24,000 bases of DNA from an uncultured bacterium (lineage in GTDB: Bacteria; Planctomycetota; Phycisphaerae; Sedimentisphaerales; Anaerohalosphaeraceae): NCBI GenBank assembly GCA_965369235.1, contig CBDUPZ010000026.1:2371-26370 (forward strand). The letters run 5' to 3'. The notes under the pieces are model-generated. The model ran no database searches. It had not been told where the DNA came from and worked only from the letters and a program-made list of their open reading frames with translations. Of this stretch, positions 16,183 through 23,934 are shown piece after piece; the stretch's first letter is position 1; each line of letters opens with the position of its first letter. The position numbers were made by a program, and so were the translations under genes.

Positions 16183-17874
16183 ATGAGAAACAGAACCATC
16201 ATCATTTCGTTTGCAGCGATAGGGTTATTTGGGTTGTTGGGGTGGCGGCTGTTTTATTTACAGTACTGCCGTGCGGACGACTACCTTCAAAGTTCCCACA
16301 GGCAGCAACATGCAATTGTTACGCACCAGCCACAGCGCGGATTCATCTTAGACGCCCGCGGCCGCATTCTCGCGGCAAGCAACAAGGTCCAGACCGTCTT
16401 TGTCGAGCCCCGTGGCGTAGCCGACCCTAAAGAGGCCGCGACAAAGCTGCAGGAAATCCTGAACTTTCCGGGACACGAAATCTGCGGGATTATCCAGGAA
16501 AGTAAAAATCCGGGCTTTGCCCGGATTATGACCGGCATCACACCTGCCCAGCGAGACTCAATCCAAAATGCACGCATTCGCGGGGTGGGCATCCAGTCGA
16601 ACTGGCAAAGGTACTACCCGATGGGCCGGCTGACCTCACATATTACAGGTTTTGTCGGCACCGAGCAAAGCGGCCTGGCGGGAGTGGAATTGAAATACGA
16701 TGTGCAATTGCGCGGCGCCGAAGGGCAAAATGTCATCCTCGTAGATGCACGGCGCCAGCCTATCGGAATGAGACCCCCGGACGACATTGTCCGCGACGGC
16801 TCCGGTCTCATCCTGACGGTCGATGCAACAATACAAGAATTTGCACGAGCGGCGCTGGCGAAACAATATGAAGCCTACCGGGCCGAGTCCGCCGTGGCAA
16901 TCGTAATGGACCCGTGGACCGGCGCAATCGGCGCAATGGTCTGCCTGCCGGATTTTGACCCTGCCAATTTCGGCGCTGAATCTGAGCAAATGTTTCGCAA
17001 TCGCGCCATTACCGACCCCTTCGAGCCAGGCAGTATATTCAAGCCCATCGTGGCGGCTTTAGCGCTTGACGCAGGTGTTATAGATTACGACGAGATAATC
17101 TTCTGCGAGAACGGTAGCTACCGCGGCAAAGGCTTCCGCAGAATCGGCGAGTTCGGCAACCATCAATTTGGTGATTTGAGCGTCCGCGATATACTCGTCA
17201 AATCCAGCAACATTGGAATGGCAAAAATCGGACAGCGAATGGGACGCCAAAAGCTCTACGATGGTTTGAAACTGTTTGGTTTCGGAGCACAAACCGGTAT
17301 TGACCTGCCGGGCGAAGGTTATGGTTTGTTATACCCGCCGGCAAAATGGACTGATTCGAGTGTTACAAGGATTCCGTTCGGCCATGAGATTGCAGCCACT
17401 GCACTGCAAATTGCACGTGCGTACTGCATACTAACAAACGGAGGACGCGTGATTCAGCCTTATGTAGTCCGGGCTGTCGTTGACAGTACCGGCAACGTAA
17501 GACAATTACACCGGCGCGGCAGTTCGGCCGGCCATATTATAAAGCCGGAGGTTGCCAACTGGATTATCCGCCAGGCCCTGACCGGCGTAGTAACGGAGGG
17601 CACCGGCACAAAGGCTGCTTCTGAAAAATGGCAGATTTTCGGCAAGACAGGCACCGCCAATATCGCCGGCTCGGTCCAAAAAGGCTACGACCAAACCAAT
17701 TACGTGGCCTCTTTCGTGGGCGGCGCACCAGCCGAGAAACCGGAGGTTGTCATCCTCGTATCGATTCGCAAACCGGACAAATCCCTCGGCAAAGGCTACA
17801 GCGGAGGAACCGTCGCCGCCCCAGTTTTCAAGGAGATACTCGAACAGACACTCAACTACCTTCATCGTGATTAG
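16183..17874 (+). CDS. ftsI: Penicillin-binding protein (FtsI/PBP3-type class B transpeptidase)
   Basis: N-terminal TM helix, a dimerisation region, SxxK (GSIFKP), SxN (KSSNIG) and KTGT (FGKTGTANI). It sits in the expected dcw position. Confidence 0.9.
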   Translation: MRNRTIIISFAAIGLFGLLGWRLFYLQYCRADDYLQSSHRQQHAIVTHQPQRGFILDARGRILAASNKVQTVFVEPRGVADPKEAATKLQEILNFPGHEICGIIQESKNPGFARIMTGITPAQRDSIQNARIRGVGIQSNWQRYYPMGRLTSHITGFVGTEQSGLAGVELKYDVQLRGAEGQNVILVDARRQPIGMRPPDDIVRDGSGLILTVDATIQEFARAALAKQYEAYRAESAVAIVMDPWTGAIGAMVCLPDFDPANFGAESEQMFRNRAITDPFEPGSIFKPIVAALALDAGVIDYDEIIFCENGSYRGKGFRRIGEFGNHQFGDLSVRDILVKSSNIGMAKIGQRMGRQKLYDGLKLFGFGAQTGIDLPGEGYGLLYPPAKWTDSSVTRIPFGHEIAATALQIARAYCILTNGGRVIQPYVVRAVVDSTGNVRQLHRRGSSAGHIIKPEVANWIIRQALTGVVTEGTGTKAASEKWQIFGKTGTANIAGSVQKGYDQTNYVASFVGGAPAEKPEVVILVSIRKPDKSLGKGYSGGTVAAPVFKEILEQTLNYLHRD

Positions 17875-18493
17875 TTAGGCGGGCTATGGGTGGCAGACTC
17901 TGAGCCGACAGGCTCAGGGGATGGTTGTCCCCACTTGATTGTCCAATTAGATTCCGTACTTCATAAACATTTTCACCCTATCCATTAGCTCTTGGTCTGT
18001 CTTTTTCGATTCAGCCTAATACTCAGCCTTTTCTTGGACATCCTCCGCATTATTCGTCATTTCGCGGAGTATTCGGCGATAGTTATTGAACGCCTGCCTT
18101 CAAACAAATTGTTTCAGCAACTCAATCAACTGCGGAACATTTTCTCTGACTGCCTTCCAGATTCGCTCCTGCTTCTGGTCAGGCTGCACATATTACCTCT
18201 GCGAGATATTATAATCATAATAACGGCCAAAATCCGGTCTTTCGGTCTAATCTTTCATAAATAACTGCCCTCGCTTCGTCAAGGATTATGGTATAGACGG
18301 TGCATCTTTGGTGTCAGGTTTTTTGCCGATATAGCCGGCCTGGTTGCAAGGTGCGATAACGTCGCGAGCAAGGGGTGCGGCATCTTCGGCAAATCCGGCA
18401 AACTAAGTATTGACCACATTTTATAGACTTATTACGGCGTTTATTATGCCAAAGTCAAGCCTTTTTCAGCCCATCTTAAATAGTTGAAAAACG

Positions 18494-18522
18494 TTGACTT
18501 CCGGGAGAGTCTGGGGTACACT
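18494..18522 (+). promoter_or_regulatory. Putative gyrA promoter
   Basis: TTGACT (18494-18499), a 17-nt spacer, then TACACT (18517-18522), about 85 nt upstream of the gyrA ATG. Confidence 0.4.
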
Positions 18523-18606
18523 GAAAACCTCCAAACCAGAGGCTGAGAGGAGCAGGTGTGGTGCGGGCTAAAAGAGCAAAAAATTCGTTAGGGAAATGCA
18601 AAAACT

Positions 18607-21237
18607 ATGGATGTCAAGGAGCAAAAGGTCGAGCGATTTGAGGACAAGAAGATTCTTGACGAGCTCAAGAATTCTTACCTGAATTACGCGATGAGTGTCA
18701 TCGTGGCGCGGGCGCTGCCGGACGTGCGGGACGGGCTCAAGCCCTCGCAGCGCCGGATATTAGTGGCTATGAATGATTTGAATCTCGGGCCGCGGAGCAA
18801 GCACCGCAAATGTGCCAAGATTGTCGGTGACACGGGCGGAAACTACCATCCGCACGGCGACCAGGCAACCTACGGAACCCTGGTTCGGATGGGCCAGGAC
18901 TGGAACATGCGGCAGAGGCTTGTTGACCCGCAGGGTAACTTCGGCAGCATCGATGCCGACCCCCCCGCCGCCATGCGATACACCGAGGCACGCATGACCG
19001 AGGCGGCAACGGAGATGTTGGAGGACCTGAATCGCGATACCGTTGATTTTGTGCCGAACTATGATGAGACGCGGACCGAGCCGGTCGTTTTGCCTGCCAA
19101 GTTCCCGAATCTGTTAGCCAACGGCGCAAGCGGGATAGCGGTGGGGATGGCGACGAATCTCCCGCCTCACAATATCAAGGAAATCTGCGATGCTCTGGTG
19201 CTGATGATTGACGACGACAAGTGCGGATTCAAGGACATTATGGCCAAACTGCCCGGGCCGGACTTTCCGACGGGCGGTATCATCTGCGGTCGCAAGGGCA
19301 TCAGGGACGCTTACGTTACCGGCCGAGGCCATCTGAAAGTCCGCGCCAAGACCGAAATCGAAACGAAGGCCAAGGGCAGAGAGAGCATCGTCATTACCGA
19401 AATCCCCTATATGGTGGTTAAAACGAACATTGTCTCGAAGATTGCAGATTGTGTTCATAACGGACAGATTGCCGAGATTGCCGACGTTCGTGACGAGTCG
19501 GACCGCAAAGGGATGCGGATAGTGGTTGACCTTAAAAAAGGTGCCGATGCCCAGGTTGTGCTCAACAAGCTGTTCCGGTTCACGCCTCTGCAGAGTACGT
19601 ACGCCATAAACAACATCGCTCTGGTGAACAATCGGCCGGAGACGCTGAATATCAAGCAGATGCTAAAGCTTTTTATCCAGCACCGTCGTATAGTTATCAG
19701 CCGGCGGAGCAGATTCCTACTGAAGCGATGCAGGAACCGTGCCCATATTCTCGAAGGTCTCATCTTAGCTGTCAGCGATATCGACGAGATTATTTCCATT
19801 ATAAAGAAATCGCCGGACACGCCGACCGCGAAGCTCAATTTGATGAAAAAGCCACTCAGGCTCGCTGAGACTGCGACGCTTAAAAAGATACTGCCGAAAA
19901 GCTTTGTTGCCCAAAAGAGCAAAGAGGACCACTTCCTGACCGGCCCGCAGGCTAATGCGATTTTGACGATGCAGTTGCAAAGGCTCACCGGATTAGAGAT
20001 CGAGAAACTGGCCAAGGAGTACGCCGAGCTTATGGAACAGATAGCCGGTTATGAAGCGATTTTGAGCGACGAGGCATTGCTCTTAGACGTTATCCGCGAG
20101 GACATTTACGAAATTAAGGAAAAGTACGGCGATAAGAGGCGGACGGTGATAACCGACACTGACATCGATGAGTTCGACGCCGAGGACCTGGTCGCGGAGG
20201 AAGAAGTGTTAGTGATGATAAGCCACAGCGGATATATCAAGCGAATGCCGATTGATACTTATCGCAAGCAAGGCAGGGGCGGCAGGGGTATCATCGGCTC
20301 GGCTACCAGAGAAGGCGACTTTATCGAGCATTTGTTCACTGCTTCGACACACGACTACCTTCTTGTCTTCACCAGCCGTGGTATCTGCCACTGGCTCAGG
20401 GTTTATGACGTGCCGAGCATGAGCCGTCAGAGCAAGGGTAGAAATATCGTTAACTTGCTACGGCTGCGCGATGAGAATGTTACCTCGATAATCAATGTCC
20501 GCAAGTTTGACGACAGGCAATTAGTCATGGCAACGCAAAACGGCATTGTCAAGAAGACGGTCCTGAGCGCTTATGGTCATCCTCGCGCGACGGGAGTCAT
20601 CGCTATTAAACTCGACTTGAACGACGACTTGATAGGCGTTGCCGTTACCGGCGGCCAAGATGAGATTATCCTTGGTACGCGCAACGGCATGGCGATTCGG
20701 TTCGGCGAGGACCAGGTCCGCTCGATGGGCCGGGTGAGCATGGGCGTTAAGGGTATAAAGCTTCGCTCGGGCGATAAGGTTGTTGATATGGTAATCCCGC
20801 GAAAAGGCTCGACGCTGCTTACGGTTTGCGAGAAGGGTTACGGCAAGCGGACGAAACTGGACGATTATCGGCCGCAGAGAAGGGGCGGAGTGGGTCTTAT
20901 CAATATAAAGACGACCTCACGAAACGGTAAGGTTGTTGCGCTAAAGGCGGTCGATGATGACGATGAGCTTATGATGATTACCGCCAAGGGGATGATTATC
21001 CGCACCGGCCTGGACGACGTCCGTACCATCGGCAGAAACACCGCCGGCGTGCGGATGATAAAGCTAAAGGCCGGCGACAAACTCGTCGCCACCGAAAGAC
21101 TCATCGCTGAAGACGACGAGCCGGTGGAAACACCAACAGCCGGCGAGGGTGAGGAGCCGACAATCGAAGAAAAACGCAAAGTAACAAAGAGAAAGAAAAA
21201 ACACCCGAACCTAAGACCGATTGACGATTTTAACTAA
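18607..21237 (+). CDS. gyrA: DNA gyrase subunit A
   Basis: LPDVRDGLKPSQRRIL, YHPHGD, GNFGSID..PAAMRYTEARM (catalytic Tyr) and the GyrA-box-like QGRGGRG, followed by beta-pinwheel repeats. The C-terminal tail is acidic then lysine-rich. Confidence 0.95.
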   Translation: MDVKEQKVERFEDKKILDELKNSYLNYAMSVIVARALPDVRDGLKPSQRRILVAMNDLNLGPRSKHRKCAKIVGDTGGNYHPHGDQATYGTLVRMGQDWNMRQRLVDPQGNFGSIDADPPAAMRYTEARMTEAATEMLEDLNRDTVDFVPNYDETRTEPVVLPAKFPNLLANGASGIAVGMATNLPPHNIKEICDALVLMIDDDKCGFKDIMAKLPGPDFPTGGIICGRKGIRDAYVTGRGHLKVRAKTEIETKAKGRESIVITEIPYMVVKTNIVSKIADCVHNGQIAEIADVRDESDRKGMRIVVDLKKGADAQVVLNKLFRFTPLQSTYAINNIALVNNRPETLNIKQMLKLFIQHRRIVISRRSRFLLKRCRNRAHILEGLILAVSDIDEIISIIKKSPDTPTAKLNLMKKPLRLAETATLKKILPKSFVAQKSKEDHFLTGPQANAILTMQLQRLTGLEIEKLAKEYAELMEQIAGYEAILSDEALLLDVIREDIYEIKEKYGDKRRTVITDTDIDEFDAEDLVAEEEVLVMISHSGYIKRMPIDTYRKQGRGGRGIIGSATREGDFIEHLFTASTHDYLLVFTSRGICHWLRVYDVPSMSRQSKGRNIVNLLRLRDENVTSIINVRKFDDRQLVMATQNGIVKKTVLSAYGHPRATGVIAIKLDLNDDLIGVAVTGGQDEIILGTRNGMAIRFGEDQVRSMGRVSMGVKGIKLRSGDKVVDMVIPRKGSTLLTVCEKGYGKRTKLDDYRPQRRGGVGLINIKTTSRNGKVVALKAVDDDDELMMITAKGMIIRTGLDDVRTIGRNTAGVRMIKLKAGDKLVATERLIAEDDEPVETPTAGEGEEPTIEEKRKVTKRKKKHPNLRPIDDFN

Positions 21238-21514
21238 GCCACAGAGACCACAGGGAACACAGAGATTCGATTAAAAGCAACCGCAGATTGCGCGGATTTC
21301 GCAGTTCCGGTAAGTTGTCATTCCGGACCTGCCTATCCTGCCTGCCCTGAGTTTATCGAATGGAGCGTACTTATCCTTGCTTGCCGTGAGCCTGTCGAAT
21401 AGCCTGCCCTCCGTAGCCCATGTCCTCCGACTTGTCCTTCGTAGTTTCAACGTAGAAGGAAGCTTTATGCGAAGGATGATGGCGACGGCGGAATCCGGCA
21501 TCAAGTTTATTTAG

Positions 21515-21539
21515 CCCCGCGTTTCACGCGGGGTTTTTT
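21515..21539 (+). terminator. Rho-independent terminator-like hairpin
   Basis: ccccgcg (21515-21521), loop tttca, cgcgggg (21527-21533), followed by TTTTTT (21534-21539). It lies about 280 nt downstream of the gyrA stop. Confidence 0.55.
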
Positions 21540-21563
21540 ACAGAGCCCAAGCGTAAGCGCGGC

Positions 21564-21590
21564 GTCATTTTGAACGCAGTGAAGAATCTC
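21564..21590 (+). repeat. 27-nt module gtcattttgaacgcagtgaagaatctc (copy 2)
   Basis: 23 of 27 positions match the reverse complement of 3887-3913. All four differences are transitions. Confidence 0.85.
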
Positions 21591-21835
21591 TGGTGTGCTT
21601 AGGATTTATATTCACGTAGGGTGCGATGAATCGCACCAATTGTTTTCTTTGCCGCAGAGTTCACGGAGAGTACAGAGAATAATTAGACACGGATGAACAC
21701 CGATTTACGCTGATTTCCTTAACCGCGGATTACACGGAGGCACAGATACTTGATGCCTGCCTCTTTATGCTAAACGCTGTCTGCTGAACGCTGGACACGC
21801 AGAAATATTGCAGAAAACGTCCTTAAAGAAACCAC

Positions 21836-21864
21836 TTGAAATTACAAACAGTTTTGTTTAGTAT
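21836..21864 (+). promoter_or_regulatory. Possible promoter of the KAP NTPase gene
   Basis: TTGAAA (21836-21841), a 17-nt spacer, then TAGTAT (21859-21864), about 70 nt upstream of the ATG at 21933. Confidence 0.3.
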
Positions 21865-21932
21865 AACCACTAAGATAAAAGTCTCCTGTCACAAGAGACC
21901 TTAGGTTATCACCATGTTATTAAGAGATAGCA

Positions 21933-23309
21933 ATGACTAAGACATTTTCAAACTTTGACAAGTTTGGTTTGGAACCATTCGCTGATGAGCTCACAAGGTA
22001 CCTTCAGGTAGAATTTAAGTTTGTTGATGAAAGTTTCGTTCTGAGTCTCAACAGCGAATTCGGAAGTGGTAAAAGTACTTTTTTCGAAATGTGGGCCAAC
22101 AAACTCAAGTCATCTAATACATTCAAGGTCGTATACATAAACGCATGGAATTCTGATTACCAAGGAGACCCCTTATTGGCAATCGTTTCGTACCTACTGG
22201 ATGTTCTTCCGTCAGGTAAAAACATGGAACCGATTAAGGAGACTGCTGGAGAGCTCTGTAAATTTGCTCTGTCAGTTGGAAATGATGTTGTTCAGAGGTT
22301 TACTGGGATAGATGTAATCAAGGCAGGACAATATGCAGAATCTGATAAAGACACGTCTAAAGCAAAACTGGGTCATGCTTGTTTTAAACTCTATCACGAA
22401 AGGCATAAGCTTTTTGAAAAGCTGAAAACTCTACTTCGTGATATTACTAATAAATCCGACCTTCCTATATTATTGATCATAGATGAACTTGATAGATGCA
22501 GGCCTAATTATGCCATCGAATTTTTGGAGACCATTAAGCATTTCTTCGATATTAGTGGGCTTGTTTTTGTGATTGGTGTCGATAAAGGGCAATTAGCTTC
22601 ATCAGCCAAAGCACTGTTTGGTCAAGAGCTCGTTTTTGATGAGTACTACCGCAAATTTGCTCATAGAGATGTGAACCTGCCGGTAAAATCCCAGCCTATG
22701 ACAGAGAACTTTTGCCGAAAGCTTGTTGTGGACTATCTCACCAAAGAAGCATTCGAAAATAGAAGCCGATTTCCTTATGCAAAACATGATAAGTATCGTA
22801 CAGACAACATTGTCGATTTGTGCATAGCATTTTCCCTGAACGCGCGCCAGATACACGAATTCTTCCGAATTACAGCCCACGTTCTTTCAACTACCGAGAA
22901 AACAAATACTAACATGTTATGGGGTTGGCATATCGGAACATTTTTCATGACTGCACTTTCTATCAAAAGTAAAGAATTGTATCATCGGTTAGGAAGCGAA
23001 AAGATTTCATTATCAGGATTTACAGAATCCTTAAAGAAATTGAGTTTGCTTAAAGATGATAGCCGGGGGGGTGGTTTCTGGTGGGCTGCATTGTTATATT
23101 TAGGTGCGTTCGGCGATCAGCCAACTGATAGGCTAAAACAAGAATTTATCAAGCTTGGCGTTTGGGATCCATCTAATCAAGAGGAAGACGCTTTTGGGAA
23201 TGAATTAAGTAGGTTCGGCGAAGCATATGGACGTTTTGGAAACCGCGACCCAGCTTTTCTTACTATATACCAGACATTGGAGGGTCTAAGGACATTCACA
23301 AGCAAGTGA
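21933..23309 (+). CDS. KAP-family P-loop NTPase, apparently a soluble variant
   Basis: Walker A in SLNSEFGSGKSTF, then YINAWNSDYQGDPLLAIVSYLL (compare KAP FNAW.y), Walker B plus the family signature LLIIDELDRCRPNYAIEFLETIKHFF, and VFVIGVD. I see no convincing TM insert between Walker A and B. The gene is AT-rich (23 G+C in its first 60 nt). Confidence 0.85.
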   Translation: MTKTFSNFDKFGLEPFADELTRYLQVEFKFVDESFVLSLNSEFGSGKSTFFEMWANKLKSSNTFKVVYINAWNSDYQGDPLLAIVSYLLDVLPSGKNMEPIKETAGELCKFALSVGNDVVQRFTGIDVIKAGQYAESDKDTSKAKLGHACFKLYHERHKLFEKLKTLLRDITNKSDLPILLIIDELDRCRPNYAIEFLETIKHFFDISGLVFVIGVDKGQLASSAKALFGQELVFDEYYRKFAHRDVNLPVKSQPMTENFCRKLVVDYLTKEAFENRSRFPYAKHDKYRTDNIVDLCIAFSLNARQIHEFFRITAHVLSTTEKTNTNMLWGWHIGTFFMTALSIKSKELYHRLGSEKISLSGFTESLKKLSLLKDDSRGGGFWWAALLYLGAFGDQPTDRLKQEFIKLGVWDPSNQEEDAFGNELSRFGEAYGRFGNRDPAFLTIYQTLEGLRTFTSK

Positions 23310-23352
23310 GTCTGGCAACACGTGATCCAAACATCTATAATTTTTCCATTTA

Positions 23353-23406
23353 CGGGGCAAATTAAAGGTCCGGGGCAAATTAAAGGTCCGGGTCAAATTA
23401 AAGGTC
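23353..23406. repeat. 3 x 18-bp perfect or near-perfect tandem direct repeat
   Basis: cggggcaaattaaaggtc (23353-23370), cggggcaaattaaaggtc (23371-23388) and cgggtcaaattaaaggtc (23389-23406, 1 mismatch). The array starts 44 nt after the KAP stop. Confidence 0.95.
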
Positions 23407-23479
23407 CGCGGTACGTTTTTCCTCCTTCTTCCTGCGATAATTTTTAAACCAATCCGAAAAACTGCACGATAAACCAAAG

Positions 23480-23850
23480 CAGTACCCCGGTCAACAAAAT
23501 TTCAACTTCAATAGTCAATAGAAAACTTGTCCTGTTTGTCCTGCCTGCCGTGAGCTAAGTCGAACGGAGCGTAGCCGAATGGATCAGCGTCTAAAAAATC
23601 TCTGCGTCCTTAGTGTTCTTCGTGTCCTTGATGGTTATATATTTACAAAACAACCAAAAATAATTTGAAAATCCCCGAAAAAACCGCTTGACTTTGCCTC
23701 TGAATCGGGTATAATACCAAAAAATATAAAATCTTTTTCCGGAGGCCAAAACATGAGTTCAAAACCATCAAAAATAACTATTACTCTGTGCACTCTGAGG
23801 GCTCTGTGGCAATAACCAGTTACCAATTACAAACTTTTTTTTGCAAAACG
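23480..23850. repeat. Mosaic intergenic repeat block
   Basis: gtcctgcctgccgtgagctaagtcgaacggagcgtagccgaatgg is related to 21330-21400. Inverted copies of the cacagag-type module lie at 23599-23636 and 23783-23812. Confidence 0.65.
23688..23715 (+). promoter_or_regulatory. Near-consensus promoter followed by an SD and a 20-codon mini-ORF
   Basis: TTGACT (23688-23693), a 16-nt spacer, then TATAAT (23710-23715). GGAGG (23741-23745) lies 7 nt before the ATG at 23753. The mini-ORF MSSKPSKITITLCTLRALWQ ends at 23815 inside a repeat module. Confidence 0.4.
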
Positions 23851-23857
23851 AACCCAA

Positions 23858-23934
23858 TCTTAACATTTGCGAACGAGGATTAACTAAAGCAATCAAAAGG
23901 ACTTATAATGATTTCCAAAAATCAAATGTTAAGA
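23858..23934. mobile_element. 77-bp MITE-like element: 12-bp perfect terminal inverted repeats flanked by 12-bp direct repeats
   Basis: tcttaacatttg (23858-23869) is the exact reverse complement of caaatgttaaga (23923-23934). aaacgaacccaa directly abuts both ends (23846-23857 and 23935-23946), and an extra aacgaacccaa copy lies at 23947-23957. Confidence 0.4.

Larger units (their letters stand above)
21238..21800. repeat. Large mosaic intergenic repeat block
   Basis: gccacagagaccacagggaacacagagattcg (21238-21269), ccgcagattgcgcggatttcgcag, gtcattccggacctgc, cctgccctgagtttatcgaatggagcg and ccgtgagcctgtcgaatagcc modules, the hairpin ggtgcga-tgaa-tcgcacc (21620-21637), the 27-nt module at 21564-21590, and acacggatgaacaccgatttacgctgatt / ccgcggattacacggaggcacagata modules. 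Confidence 0.8.

Noticed and set aside
17941-18300. Possible decayed minus-strand gene in the ftsI-gyrA spacer, read as ...VQPDQKQERIWKAVRENVPQLIELLKQFV*RQAFNNYRRILREMTNNAEDVQEKAEY*AESKKTDQELMDRVKMFMKYGI*, and the antisense 90-aa track ORF at 17992-18264
   Set aside because: The minus-strand reading looks helical and protein-like, but it has about four in-frame stops in about 100 codons, which is what a random frame gives. The plus-strand ORF needs a TTG start and is low-complexity. A TBLASTX search could revive either; I cannot support either from sequence alone.
19455-20015. 186-aa minus-strand ORF, and other ORFs inside gyrA
   Set aside because: They are antisense or off-frame within the well-supported gyrA coding region.
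21271-21504. 77-aa minus-strand ORF from the track
   Set aside because: It lies entirely in repeat modules. Its peptide contains FDKLRAG-type strings characteristic of spurious translations of such repeats, and it has no start context.
23353-23406. Possible CRISPR array
   Set aside because: The three 18-bp units are contiguous with no spacers, are too short for CRISPR repeats, and no cas genes are present.
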